Origin: an uncultured Spirochaetales bacterium
GTDB lineage: Bacteria; Myxococcota_A; UBA9160; SMWR01
Direction of reading: 5' to 3'
Length of the DNA: 64,000 bases
NCBI GenBank assembly: GCA_964494795.1
Contig: CAZBSV010000181.1
Span: forward strand, 4,591 to 68,590
The notes beneath the pieces are model-generated. The model did not search any database and was not told the DNA's origin. It worked only from the letters and a program-made list of their open reading frames with translations. Below, piece by piece: positions 18,532 through 28,226 of this stretch (position 1 is the stretch's first letter; the number at the start of each line of letters is the position of its first letter). The position numbers and the translations under genes are program-made.

Positions 18532-18735
18532 TACGCCTCGAAAACGCAGCACCTCTGACACCCCTTCCACCCGAGCAGCGCCTGTGGTATCCCTCCGCGT
18601 CCGGCGGGACCGATCTGCGGACCCGCCCTGAACCCTTTCCTCAGCTTCCGGCGGTGAGCGATTTTCCGCGCCTCACCGGCGAACCCGAAGCTCGGGCTTC
18701 GACCCGCGGGTCGAACCTGTCCACGAGGAGGAACT

Positions 18736-19344
18736 GTGCGGGAATACGAAACCACCCTGATCATCCAACCGGAGATCTCCGACGAGGGCGTCGCTGCGCT
18801 GCGGGAGCGCCTCGACGGCGTTCTTGGCGGCTACGGATCATCCATCCGGCTGCTCTACGACGACCTCGGCAAGCGCCGACTCGCCTATGAGATCAAGAAC
18901 TTCCAGAAGGGGCGCTACGTGCTGCTCCAATTTCTGGACGATGGATCACACATCAAGGCCTTCGAGCGCGCACTTCGACTCGAAGACTCGATCATCCGCT
19001 TCCTGACCGTGCAGGTACACGAGACGGTCGAAGACGTCGCGGCGCGCAAGGCCGAAGCCGCGGAAGAAGAGAGGACTCGCGCCGAGAAGGCCGCTGAACG
19101 CGCCGCCCGCGAGGCCGAAGATGCCGCGCGACAAGTTGCGGAGGCCGCAACGGCGCGCAGTTCCAAGAGCGACGAGCTGGACGCGAGCGACTCCGCCGAT
19201 TCCGATTCCGATTCTGATTCCGATTCTGATTCCGAGTTCGATTCAGAGTTTGAGTCAGAGTCAGAAGACGATCCGCCGAGCGGCGCAATCGCTGCGAAGA
19301 CCCGGAAGCCGAAGAAAGGCGCCGCCGAGGAGGTTTCGACATGA
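18736..19344 (+). CDS. rpsF: 30S ribosomal protein S6 with long acidic Ser/Asp/Glu repeat tail
   Basis: [17 protein letters not shown]...[20 protein letters not shown]...IIRFLTV. The tail [28 protein letters not shown] is encoded by 6/12-bp repeats. GTG start after GAGGAGG. Confidence 0.93.
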   Translation: MREYETTLIIQPEISDEGVAALRERLDGVLGGYGSSIRLLYDDLGKRRLAYEIKNFQKGRYVLLQFLDDGSHIKAFERALRLEDSIIRFLTVQVHETVEDVAARKAEAAEEERTRAEKAAERAAREAEDAARQVAEAATARSSKSDELDASDSADSDSDSDSDSDSEFDSEFESESEDDPPSGAIAAKTRKPKKGAAEEVST

Positions 19345-19691
19345 GCGCAGCTTCCGGCCCGGGCGGCTATCGGCGCGACCGCGAGGATCGCGAGGATCGG
19401 CGGGAATCGACCGTCAAGAGCCGCATGCGCTCCCGCGCGCGCAAGAAGGCTCGAAAGCAGAACAAGAAGGGTGGCTTCCTGCGCCGCAAAGTCTGTCGCT
19501 TCTGCGCGGACGCGGGTTTGCAGATCGACTACAAGGACGCGAAGGCGCTGCGCCTGTTCACGACCGAGGTCGGCAAGATGATCCCTCGGCGAATTTCGGG
19601 CAATTGCGCGAAGCACCAGCGGAAGCTCGCGGTGGCCATCAAGCGGGCGCGCCACATCGCAATCATGCCCTTCGCCGGGCACGGCATCTAA
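19341..19691 (+). CDS. rpsR: 30S ribosomal protein S18
   Basis: [66 protein letters not shown] overlap with the rpsF stop. An alternative shorter start is ATG 19425. Confidence 0.92.
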   Translation: MSAASGPGGYRRDREDREDRRESTVKSRMRSRARKKARKQNKKGGFLRRKVCRFCADAGLQIDYKDAKALRLFTTEVGKMIPRRISGNCAKHQRKLAVAIKRARHIAIMPFAGHGI

Positions 19692-19705
19692 GGAGGCTCG
19701 CAGAG

Positions 19706-20161
19706 ATGCGTCAGGTCAAAGTCATCCTGCGCGAAGCCGTCCAGGGTCTCGGCGAGATCGGTGACCTCGTCGGCGTCAAGGTCGGTTACGCGCGCAACTA
19801 TCTGCTCCCTCAGGGGAAGGCGCTGCTCGCGACGGAGTCGAATGTTCGCGAACTCGACCATCACCGACGCGTCGTCTCCGAAAAGGCCGCGCGCGAAATG
19901 AAGGATTTGAAGGCGCTGCGCGACCGGCTCGGATCTCTCGCGCTCGAGATCACCGCGCGCGTGGGTGAGGAGGGGAAACTCTTCGGATCCGTCACGACCG
20001 CCCACATCGCGGAGCTGCTCGCCGAAAAGGGCTACCCGATCGATCGCCGCAAGATCCAGCTCGGCGAGCCGCTGCGAGAGATCGGAGACCACGTCGTGCC
20101 GATCCGGCTGCGGAAGGATCTCATCGCCGAGGTTGCGCTCAAGATCAGCGCCGAACGCTGA
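19706..20161 (+). CDS. rplI: 50S ribosomal protein L9
   Basis: Read in the frame of track ORF 19121..20161. ATG 19706 follows AGGAGG. MRQVKVILREAVQGLGEIGDLVGVKVGYARNYLLPQGKAL. Confidence 0.95.
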   Translation: MRQVKVILREAVQGLGEIGDLVGVKVGYARNYLLPQGKALLATESNVRELDHHRRVVSEKAAREMKDLKALRDRLGSLALEITARVGEEGKLFGSVTTAHIAELLAEKGYPIDRRKIQLGEPLREIGDHVVPIRLRKDLIAEVALKISAER

Positions 20162-20255
20162 ACGTCGGCGCGGCGCGGCGCATCGCGATTTCGATCCGCC
20201 GCGCGCGGTGGTTGCTGTACAATGAGCTTCCACATTCGCCGACGGAGGGGGTGGC

Positions 20256-21716
20256 GTGGCGAAGGCCCGGAATCCGCAAATCGGTCGCCGCTCGCAGCTG
20301 GATGCGACCACGACACACGACCATCGGATTCCGCCTCATGATCTCGAGGCCGAGAAAGCCGTGCTGTCCGCGCTGCTCCTCGACAACGATGCGATCCACT
20401 CCGTCTACACGGAGGTCACGCCCGAAGATTTCTACCACCCCGCTCATCGCCAACTCTATCTCTCGATGCTCAACCTCCAGGACGCGAATCAGCCGGTCGA
20501 TCTCCACACCCTCGCCGACTACCTCAACACGCAAAAGACGCTCGACGCGATCGGCGGGCCGGTCTTTCTCGGGGAAATCGCGGACTACGAGGCGACCGCC
20601 GCCAACGTCGTCCACCACGCGCGGATCGTTCGCGACAAGAGCGTCAAGCGCAACCTGATCTCGGTCGCGACGGAAATCGCCGAAGCCGGTTACGACCAGA
20701 CGGATTCCGCCGACCACCTGCTCGACGCGGCGGAATCCAAGATCTTCGAAATCGCGCAGCAAAAGGCGCGCACGACCTTCCGCAGCCTCCACGACGAGAT
20801 GAACGACGCACTCGATTACGTCGAGCTGTTGATCCAACGCGGAGGCGAACTCACGGGGGTACCGACCCGCTTCCGCGATTTTGACGAGATGACCGGCGGA
20901 CTCCAACCCGGCGAACTCATCGTCATCGCCTCGCGCCCCAGCATGGGAAAGACGGCACTCGCGCTCAACATCGCGCGCAACGCGGCCATCGAACACGGCA
21001 AGAAGGCCGCCATCTTCTCGCTCGAAATGACCAAGCGAGCGCTCGCGCTTCGCCTGCTCGCCTCAGAGGCGAAGATCGACTTCTCCGGCTTCCGCAAGGG
21101 CTTCGGGCGCCCGGAAGATTTGCGCAAGCTCACGCAGGCCGGCGGAAAACTCGCGGATGCGAACATCTGGATCGACGACAGCGGGATCATCACGATTCTC
21201 GAGATCAAGGCAAAGTGCCGCCGTCTCGCGTCGGAGCGCGGACTCGACCTCGTGATCGTCGACTACCTTCAGTTGGCGCACGGAGACACGCGGAACCAAC
21301 GCAAGGATCTCGAGATCGCCGAAATCAGTCACGGCCTCAAGTCGCTCGCAAAGGAACTCGACATTCCCGTCATCGCGCTCTCGCAACTCAACCGGGGGCC
21401 CGAGCAGCGTGATCCCGACAAGCGGCGTCCGAACATGGGCGACCTCCGCGAGTCGGGCGCGATCGAGCAGGATGCCGACGTGATCGCATTCATCTACCGC
21501 GACGAGGTCTACAACCCCACCGAGGAAAATCACGGCATCGCCGAACTCATCATCGCCAAGCAGCGCAACGGACCCACGGGCACGGTGAAGCTGCAGTTCA
21601 GCGCGCGCTACGCGCTCTTCCACGATCTATCCGAAGCGCCCGGTAAACTGCCCGGACGCTCGAGTGCCCCCGGACGCGACGACGGCTATGTCGCGTCCGA
21701 AGACGACATCTTCTAG
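20256..21716 (+). CDS. dnaB: replicative DNA helicase DnaB
   Basis: 486 aa: PHDLEAEKAVLSALLLDND, Walker A ASRPSMGKTALALN, FSLEM, VIVDYLQL, IALSQLNRGPEQR, LRESGAIEQDAD. No intein-sized insert. Confidence 0.96.
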   Translation: MAKARNPQIGRRSQLDATTTHDHRIPPHDLEAEKAVLSALLLDNDAIHSVYTEVTPEDFYHPAHRQLYLSMLNLQDANQPVDLHTLADYLNTQKTLDAIGGPVFLGEIADYEATAANVVHHARIVRDKSVKRNLISVATEIAEAGYDQTDSADHLLDAAESKIFEIAQQKARTTFRSLHDEMNDALDYVELLIQRGGELTGVPTRFRDFDEMTGGLQPGELIVIASRPSMGKTALALNIARNAAIEHGKKAAIFSLEMTKRALALRLLASEAKIDFSGFRKGFGRPEDLRKLTQAGGKLADANIWIDDSGIITILEIKAKCRRLASERGLDLVIVDYLQLAHGDTRNQRKDLEIAEISHGLKSLAKELDIPVIALSQLNRGPEQRDPDKRRPNMGDLRESGAIEQDADVIAFIYRDEVYNPTEENHGIAELIIAKQRNGPTGTVKLQFSARYALFHDLSEAPGKLPGRSSAPGRDDGYVASEDDIF

Positions 21717-22637
21717 GTGCCTCGCCTGCGCAAGCCCCGAGCCCTGCGGCGGGGCGCAGTCCTCGGGATTGCCGCGCCTGGCGGGCCCGTCGATCGCGAG
21801 CAGCTGTGCGCCGGCGAAGCGCTGCTGCACGCGGCGGGTTTCGAGACGCGCCGACGAGACGACGTGCTCGCATGCGACGGTTATCTGGCCGGCAACGATG
21901 CGCGCAGGGCGGCTGAGCTGATGCAGCACGTCAACGATCCCGAGATCGACGGAATCATCTGCGCGCGCGGCGGCTACGGCTGCGATCGGATCCTGCCACT
22001 GCTCGATGCCGAAGCGTTTCGCCGCGCCGCCAAACCGCTCGTCGGCTACAGCGACATTACCGCCCTGCTGCTGTGGCAGCGCCGCTGCGCGGGGTTGATC
22101 GGATTTCACGGGCCGATGCTCGATCGCGGCGGCGATCTCGATCGCAGCGCGCTCGAGCATCTGATCCGGCAATTGACGGGCGACGGGGTGCTCCCGTCGA
22201 CGCTTCGCGGCGAGACCCTCGTCGGCGGCCGCGCTACCGGTCGCATCGTCGGCGGCTCGCTCACGTTGCTGGCCGCGAGCATCGGCTCCGCGTGGGAACC
22301 CGATACCCGAAACGCGATTCTCTTGCTCGAGGACGTCGGCGAGCGCCCGTATCGGATCGACCGCATGCTGCAGCAACTTCGCGCGGCCGGAAAACTCGAC
22401 CGACTCGCGGCGATCGGCGTCGGGAGTTTCGAGAGTTGCAGCGATGAACGCTACCCGCAGCCCGACGTGAACACGGTCATCGAGAACACACTCGGATCGC
22501 TGGGCGTTCCGATCGTGCGCGGACTCCCGTTCGGTCACGTGAAGCAGAACCATGCTTGGCCGATGGGTGGGCGCGCTAGCATCGACGGCGCGAGCGGAGA
22601 GTTGCAGTTGCTCGAATGGGGAGTGCGTCAATCGTGA
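21717..22637 (+). CDS. ldcA: LD-carboxypeptidase (muramoyltetrapeptide carboxypeptidase, peptidase S66)
   Basis: 306 aa: GIAAPGGPV, LAGNDARRAAELM, IICARGGYG, nucleophile elbow VGYSDITAL, LLLEDVGERPYRIDRML, GLPFGH. GTG start directly abuts the dnaB stop. Confidence 0.85.
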   Translation: MPRLRKPRALRRGAVLGIAAPGGPVDREQLCAGEALLHAAGFETRRRDDVLACDGYLAGNDARRAAELMQHVNDPEIDGIICARGGYGCDRILPLLDAEAFRRAAKPLVGYSDITALLLWQRRCAGLIGFHGPMLDRGGDLDRSALEHLIRQLTGDGVLPSTLRGETLVGGRATGRIVGGSLTLLAASIGSAWEPDTRNAILLLEDVGERPYRIDRMLQQLRAAGKLDRLAAIGVGSFESCSDERYPQPDVNTVIENTLGSLGVPIVRGLPFGHVKQNHAWPMGGRASIDGASGELQLLEWGVRQS

Positions 22638-23791
22638 AATGGAGTGCGGTCCGGCGCAAGCTCGCGCGGGTTGAGCGTGCGATCGACAAGTCGATCGCGA
22701 GTGCAGAAATTCCGGGCGCCGTCGTCGGTGCGCGAATGCCGAAGCACGCAGAAACTCTCGAGTATTTCGACGAGCGCGGCCTCGCGGTGATGCAGCCCGA
22801 GCGGATCCCGATGGCGCGGGGGACGATCTTCGACCTCGCATCACTCACCAAACCCATCGCGACGGCGACTGCAATGCTGTGGCTCGTCGACGAAGGGGCC
22901 GTCGAACTCGATGCTCCGGTCGCGAAGTACCTGCCCCTGTTTTCCGAGCACGGCAAGGAGCAGATCTCGATCCGGCATCTCCTCAGCCATTCCTCCGGCC
23001 TGAAGCCGTGGCGGGCGTTTCACGAATTGCTGCTCCAGAAAGAACGAAAGACCGGAGAGGCGCTGATCGGATCGCCCGAGACGCGCGCATTCGTGATCGA
23101 TCGCATCCTGCGTTCGGCGCCGGTGCACGAACCCGGCGAAGCTGCGGTCTACGGCGATCTCGACTTCATCGTGCTCGGAGCCGTCGTCGAGAGCGTCGCC
23201 GGCAAGCGCCTGGACGAATTTTGTCGCGAACGGATCTTCGAGCCGCTCGGTATGTCCGACACTTTCTTCATTCCGATCGGACGAGACGCGAAACCGCTCC
23301 CCGAGCTGACGAAGCGCCGCATCGCAGCAACCGAGAACTGCCCCTGGCGCAACCGCATCCTCTGGGGGGAAGTACACGACCCGAATGCGTCGGTGATGGG
23401 CGGCGTGGCGGGACACGCCGGACTCTTCTCGACGGTCGACGATGTCGTGAAGTTCGGCCAGACCGTCATCGACGTCTGGCACGCGCGCAGCGACGCACTT
23501 CCTGTCGAAACGCTGCGTCTGTTCCTGACCCGCCAGGGCCTGCCCGATTCCTCGGATTGGGCACTCGGCTGGGACACGCCGACCGAGGGGATGTCTGCAT
23601 CTGGAAAACATTTTTCAAAACAGTCGGTCGGGCATCTGGGGTTTACGGGCACCTCGCTCTGGATCGATCTCGAGCGCGAACTCGTCGTCGCCCTGCTGAC
23701 GAACCGCGTGCACCTGATCGCCAAGAAGAGCCGATTCGGACTCCGCCCAATCGTGCACAACGCGATCGTCGAAGCGTTCGAGGCGGGTTAG
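22616..23791 (+). CDS. serine hydrolase of the beta-lactamase / class C PBP (AmpH/EstB-like) family
   Basis: 391 aa. S-x-x-K motif in FDLASLTKPIAT, plus LLSHSSGL and GHLGFTGTSLWID near the C-terminus. The start is uncertain (22616 or GTG 22634). Confidence 0.8.
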   Translation: MGSASIVKWSAVRRKLARVERAIDKSIASAEIPGAVVGARMPKHAETLEYFDERGLAVMQPERIPMARGTIFDLASLTKPIATATAMLWLVDEGAVELDAPVAKYLPLFSEHGKEQISIRHLLSHSSGLKPWRAFHELLLQKERKTGEALIGSPETRAFVIDRILRSAPVHEPGEAAVYGDLDFIVLGAVVESVAGKRLDEFCRERIFEPLGMSDTFFIPIGRDAKPLPELTKRRIAATENCPWRNRILWGEVHDPNASVMGGVAGHAGLFSTVDDVVKFGQTVIDVWHARSDALPVETLRLFLTRQGLPDSSDWALGWDTPTEGMSASGKHFSKQSVGHLGFTGTSLWIDLERELVVALLTNRVHLIAKKSRFGLRPIVHNAIVEAFEAG

Positions 23792-25252
23792 TTGCGCAAG
23801 TCGCCGCGACACGTTCACTTCGTCGCGATCGGCGGCACGGGCATGGGGTCGCTGGCCGGGCTCCTCGCGGCGCGCGGGATCCGGGTCACCGGCTCGGACG
23901 ACACCCTCTACCCGCCGATGAGCACGCTGCTCGAACAGTGGAAAATCCCGGTGAATTCCGGGTTTCGCGCCGAACACGTGCTCGATCCGCGCCCGGAACT
24001 CGTCGTGATCGGCAACGCGGTTCGGCCCGACAACCCCGAAGCGCGTGCCGCGATCGACGAGAAACTCCCCTATTTGTCGTTCCCCGACGCCCTCTACCAG
24101 CTCGCGATCGCCGACAAGCATTCCGTGGTGGTTTCGGGAACCCACGGCAAGACGACCACCACCAGTCTCGTCGCGGCGCTGCTGCTCGGCAGCGGGCGAG
24201 ACCCGTCGCTGCTCGTCGGTGGCCACTCTCACGATTTCGCAGGAAGCTTTCGCGAGGGACAGGGCGAACACTTCGTCGTCGAGGGCGACGAATACGACAC
24301 GGCTTTCTTCGACAAGACGCCGAAATTCCTCCACTACGGCGCACGTACGCTCTTGATTACTTCCGTCGAATTCGACCACGCGGACATCTACCGGGATCTC
24401 GAGCACATCAAGCAAGCTTTCCGGAAACTCGTCGAGGGCATCCCCCCGGATGGGACGATCATCGCAGCGCTCGCTTATCCGTCGGTTCGCGATGTGGTTG
24501 CGGACGCGCGCTGCCGGGTCGTCGCCTATGGCGTCGACGGCGTCGGGCTCGACTGGTGCGGCTCGAGGCTCGAAGCGGATCGCAGCGGAACCCATTTCGA
24601 CATCGAGCGCGACGGGAAGCTCGTCACGCGCGCTTTCGTTCCGCTTTTCGGAGGCTTCAACGTCGAAAATGCGCTCGGCGCCCTCGCCGCGACGGCCGCG
24701 CTCGGTGTCTCACTCGAGGCTGCAATTTCGACACTCTCTAGTTTCAGAGGCGTAAAGCGCAGGCAGGAATGGCGGGGCGAGCAGCGCGGCGTCGCGGTGA
24801 TCGATGATTTCGCCCACCATCCCACGGCGGTTCGCGGCTCGATCGATTCGATTCGCCAACGCTTTCCGGGTCGGCGCGTGATCGCGGCGTTCGAACCGCG
24901 CACCAACACGAGCCGGCGCGCCATCTTTCAACAGGACTACGCGACGGCTTTCGACGGCGCGGATCGGGTCGTGATCCGTTCCGTCGACCCAGGCCCCATC
25001 TACAGCGCAACCGGACCCGTCGAGGCTTTCTTCTCGTCGGAACAGCTCGTTTCCGATCTCGAAGAGCGCGGTGTAGCGGCGACCGCGTGCCGAAACGTGG
25101 ACGAAATCATCGACCTGCTGGTGGCCGAATGCAGAGCTGGCGACGTGGTCCTGTGCATGAGCAATGGCTCATTCGACGATATCTGGCAGCGCTTGCTCGG
25201 CGCACTGCGCCAGAGCGCCCAGTCGCCCGACTCTCAATCGCTGCACGAGTAG
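23792..25252 (+). CDS. mpl: UDP-N-acetylmuramate:L-alanyl-gamma-D-glutamyl-meso-diaminopimelate ligase
   Basis: 486 aa: HFVAIGGTGMGSLAGLLAARGIRVTGSD, VVSGTHGKTTTTSL, EGDEYDTAFFDK, DDFAHHPTA. Mur-ligase architecture with an Mpl-type N-terminus. Confidence 0.88.
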   Translation: MRKSPRHVHFVAIGGTGMGSLAGLLAARGIRVTGSDDTLYPPMSTLLEQWKIPVNSGFRAEHVLDPRPELVVIGNAVRPDNPEARAAIDEKLPYLSFPDALYQLAIADKHSVVVSGTHGKTTTTSLVAALLLGSGRDPSLLVGGHSHDFAGSFREGQGEHFVVEGDEYDTAFFDKTPKFLHYGARTLLITSVEFDHADIYRDLEHIKQAFRKLVEGIPPDGTIIAALAYPSVRDVVADARCRVVAYGVDGVGLDWCGSRLEADRSGTHFDIERDGKLVTRAFVPLFGGFNVENALGALAATAALGVSLEAAISTLSSFRGVKRRQEWRGEQRGVAVIDDFAHHPTAVRGSIDSIRQRFPGRRVIAAFEPRTNTSRRAIFQQDYATAFDGADRVVIRSVDPGPIYSATGPVEAFFSSEQLVSDLEERGVAATACRNVDEIIDLLVAECRAGDVVLCMSNGSFDDIWQRLLGALRQSAQSPDSQSLHE

Positions 25253-26037
25253 GAGAGCAGCCGCGCGCGCGCACCCTGACCCGCTGCGCGCCGCAGCGCG
25301 TCGGCGACGAAGCGGCGGCCGCGATCGACGGCGGCGGCAAGAGGCGCGCCGAGCGCGAGTTGAGCGGCGATCGCCGACGACAGCACGCAGCCGGTTCCGT
25401 GGAACGGGCCACCGGCAACGCGTTCGCCTTCGAGCCAGCAGAGCGACACGCTGCCGCCGTCGCGCTGGGCGAGCAGATCGCGCGGGGACCCGTCGCGGTG
25501 GCCGCCCTTGACGAGCGCCGCCCGGGCGCCGAGCCCCGACACGAGCGCGCAAGCCGCCGCCTCGGCCCCCTCGTCGCTCGAAGTGTCGCAGTCGGTCAGT
25601 GTCGCAGCCTCTTGGAGATTGGGCGTGACGAGCGCCGCGCTGCCGATCAGGGACTGGAGCGCTCCGAGCGCGCGCCGCTCGAGCAGCGGGGTGCCGTCGC
25701 TCGCCCACAGCACCGGATCGATCACGATCGGAACTCCGGCCGCTGGCGACAACAATGGCGCGAGCGCCAGCTGTACGTTTCGGACCACGTCGTCGGAGGC
25801 GAGTGCGCCGATCTTGATCGCGTCGGGCGTCAGGTCTCGCAGCAATACGCGGATCTGCTGCAGGACGACCGACGGAAACGCCGGCAATACCTGGTGGACC
25901 TTCGCGGTGTCCTGAACGGTGAGCGCCGTGACCACGCCGGCCCCGTGAACGCCCAGCGCGCGAAAGACCTGGAGATCCGCCTGGAGACCGGCTCCTCCGG
26001 TCGGGTCCGAACCCGCGATGCTGAGTGCGACCTTCAT
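25234..26037 (-). CDS. thiD: hydroxymethylpyrimidine / phosphomethylpyrimidine kinase
   Basis: Read in the frame of track ORF 25234..26340, starting at ATG 26037. MKVALSIAGSDPTGGAGLQADLQVFRALGVHG, AIKIGAL, LVTPNLQEA, ALVKGGH, GTGCVLSSAIAAQLA. The 3' end overlaps mpl convergently by 19 nt. Confidence 0.92.
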   Translation of the reverse strand: MKVALSIAGSDPTGGAGLQADLQVFRALGVHGAGVVTALTVQDTAKVHQVLPAFPSVVLQQIRVLLRDLTPDAIKIGALASDDVVRNVQLALAPLLSPAAGVPIVIDPVLWASDGTPLLERRALGALQSLIGSAALVTPNLQEAATLTDCDTSSDEGAEAAACALVSGLGARAALVKGGHRDGSPRDLLAQRDGGSVSLCWLEGERVAGGPFHGTGCVLSSAIAAQLALGAPLAAAVDRGRRFVADALRRAAGQGARARLLSYSCSD

Positions 26038-26963
26038 CGCCGGCCATGGTAAGGTGGGGCCCCGTGATGCGCACCATTGCCCGACAGCGCGAAATCGAAC
26101 GCTCGGATCCGCGGGTTCGCCCCGGGCGCGGTTTCGGTTTCGGGCTTGGTTTTGATTTCGCGCGCGGTTTCGGTTTCGGTTTCGGGCGCGGCCTCGGACG
26201 CGGTCTCGGGCGCGGCCTCGGGCGCGGGCGCGGGCGCGACGGTGACCGAACGACCGCGAGCAGGCTCGTCGGGCTGACGCTCGGCCTCGCGCTGTCCGCG
26301 GTCGCCACCCACCCAGCCGCGGCGGAAACACCCGATGCAAGCGCGGCGGCTCCGACGAACACGTGGTACGCCCAGTCGATCTCGCACAGTGACACCGGAA
26401 TGAACGTCACGTATCTCTGGTCGCTGAAATCCAAATTCCGCGCAGAAATCGTGGCCAGGGGGCATCGGCTCGTGACGATCGTCAACGGAGACACCTACTA
26501 CGCGTACGACGTGCTGACGATGAGCGGCATCGCGATCCGGCGCGCGGCCTCGGCGATCGCCGCCGATTCGCCCAATCGCCGACCGTTTGGAAACGAGGCC
26601 CAGTTGCTGATCGAGCAGGGCGGCGAAAGGATTCGCGAAGATTCCGTCGCCGGAAGACGCGCCGCGATCTATCAGGTCACCGATCAGGACGGTCGCCGGA
26701 TCGTCTGGGTAACCGAAGACGACCGGCAATTGCCGATACGCGTCGAAGTCTTCGACCGCAAGGCGGGGTCGACGCGCTACAAAGAATACGTCGATTGGGT
26801 GAGCGGAATCGAAATGCCGGATGCGTTCTTCGAGCCCGAGCCCGGCATTCAATTCGAGCGCCTCGAGCTCAAGGAGTACATCCGCAAAGTGCTCGACCAG
26901 GATCCCGCGAGCTCGATCCCGATCCTCTTCCGGGAACTGCTACACGGCCCGGCGCCCGACTAG
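26025..26963 (+). CDS. hypothetical exported protein (LolA-like fold is only a guess); start uncertain
   Basis: Has a hydrophobic signal or anchor (LVGLTLGLALSAVATHPAAA) and then a beta-rich domain ending ...IVWVTEDDRQLPIRVEVFDRKAGSTRYKEYVDW.... No canonical start lies just before the signal segment, so any start lies upstream of or within the Gly/Phe/Arg repeat region at 26127-26240. Confidence 0.5.
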   Translation: MRPSSPAMVRWGPVMRTIARQREIERSDPRVRPGRGFGFGLGFDFARGFGFGFGRGLGRGLGRGLGRGRGRDGDRTTASRLVGLTLGLALSAVATHPAAAETPDASAAAPTNTWYAQSISHSDTGMNVTYLWSLKSKFRAEIVARGHRLVTIVNGDTYYAYDVLTMSGIAIRRAASAIAADSPNRRPFGNEAQLLIEQGGERIREDSVAGRRAAIYQVTDQDGRRIVWVTEDDRQLPIRVEVFDRKAGSTRYKEYVDWVSGIEMPDAFFEPEPGIQFERLELKEYIRKVLDQDPASSIPILFRELLHGPAPD

Positions 26964-27038
26964 CGGCTCGAACCCGGAACGGGTTCGAGCTGCGCTGCAA
27001 GGGAAGCGAAGCTTCCCCCGCTAGCGGGTCGCTCTCGA

Positions 27039-28136
27039 TCAGCTCACCCAGGTGATGTTCGCGTCCGCGATGGCCGGGGTGCGGTCAGCGAGCACGGCGA
27101 GCTTGCGCGCGAGCGTCCCCGCGAGTTCGCGGAAGATCTGCGCGGCCAGCGAATCCGGGGCCTGCACGACGATCGGAACGCCCGAATCACCGCCCTCGAC
27201 GATCCGGGGGTCGATCGGGACCTCTCCCAGAAACGGCACCCCGAGTTCGTCCGCGGTGCGTTTCCCTCCACCTTTTCCAAACAGGTAGTACTTGCGGTCC
27301 GGCAGGTCCGGGGGCGAAAAATACGACATGTTCTCGAGGATCCCGAGCACGGGAACTTCGACTTTCTGGAACATCTTCAGGCCTTTTCGCGCGTCGATCA
27401 GCGACAGGTCGTTCGCGGTCGTCACGATCAGCGCACCGGCGAGCGGCGCCTGCTGGGTCAGCGTGAGGGCAGCGTCGCCGGTACCGGGCGGCATGTCGAT
27501 CACCAGATAGTCGAGCTCGCCCCACTCGACATCCGTGAGAAATTGTTTGACGAGCCCGTGTACCATCGGCCCGCGCCAGATCACCGGCGAATCGTCGGTC
27601 ACGAGAAATCCCATCGACATCACGCGCATTCCGTAGGCGACGTGCGGGATGATTCGCTTGCCGCGCACTTGCGGGCGGCCGCTCACTCCCGTGAGCAGCG
27701 GCAACGACGGCCCGTAGACGTCTGCATCCATCACGCCCACGCTGGCACCCAGGTCGCGCAGCGCGACCGCGAGATTGATCGCGGTCGTGCTCTTTCCCAC
27801 GCCGCCCTTCCCGGATGCGACGGCAATTGTGTTCTTGACGCCCGGGAGTACCTCGGAGGCCGAAGGGCCAAAATTCCGCCCGCGCGTATTCGCGGTCATC
27901 GTCACTTCGACTTCGCGGACGCCCTCCAGCGCGAGAACGCGCTCGCGCGCCGCGCGTTCGAATTCCGCCTTGACGGGACACGCGGGTGTCGTGAGTTCGA
28001 TCGAAAAGGAGACCTTGCCAGCGTCGATGCGAAGCTTCTTGATGAAACCGAGATCGACGATGCTCTTGTTGAAATCGGGATCCATGATCGGGCGCAGCGC
28101 GCCCAGGACATCGGTCTCGCTGACCTGCGGGGGCAT
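27039..28136 (-). CDS. apbC: Mrp/ApbC-family Fe-S cluster carrier ATPase
   Basis: Only the last 365 codons of track ORF 27039..29888 are real, starting at ATG 28136. N-terminal DUF59-like MPPQVSETDVLGALRPIMDPDFNKSIVDLGFIK, deviant Walker A VASGKGGVGKST, and DMPPGTGD. Confidence 0.92.
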   Translation of the reverse strand: MPPQVSETDVLGALRPIMDPDFNKSIVDLGFIKKLRIDAGKVSFSIELTTPACPVKAEFERAARERVLALEGVREVEVTMTANTRGRNFGPSASEVLPGVKNTIAVASGKGGVGKSTTAINLAVALRDLGASVGVMDADVYGPSLPLLTGVSGRPQVRGKRIIPHVAYGMRVMSMGFLVTDDSPVIWRGPMVHGLVKQFLTDVEWGELDYLVIDMPPGTGDAALTLTQQAPLAGALIVTTANDLSLIDARKGLKMFQKVEVPVLGILENMSYFSPPDLPDRKYYLFGKGGGKRTADELGVPFLGEVPIDPRIVEGGDSGVPIVVQAPDSLAAQIFRELAGTLARKLAVLADRTPAIADANITWVS

Positions 28137-28226
28137 GCTTCTCCTCGTGGCTGGGTGGTCGAGCCGTCGGCGTTCCGGGACCCGGGAGACTAGCTCATCC
28201 GGGCCGAGCGGATATATTGCTTCGCC

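Noticed and set aside
26038-26300. TPP riboswitch upstream of thiD (and at 44940-45065 upstream of thiE)
   Set aside because: I could not find the conserved CUGAGA and ACCUGAUCYGG...GCCAGCG elements on the relevant strand. A covariance-model scan is still advisable.
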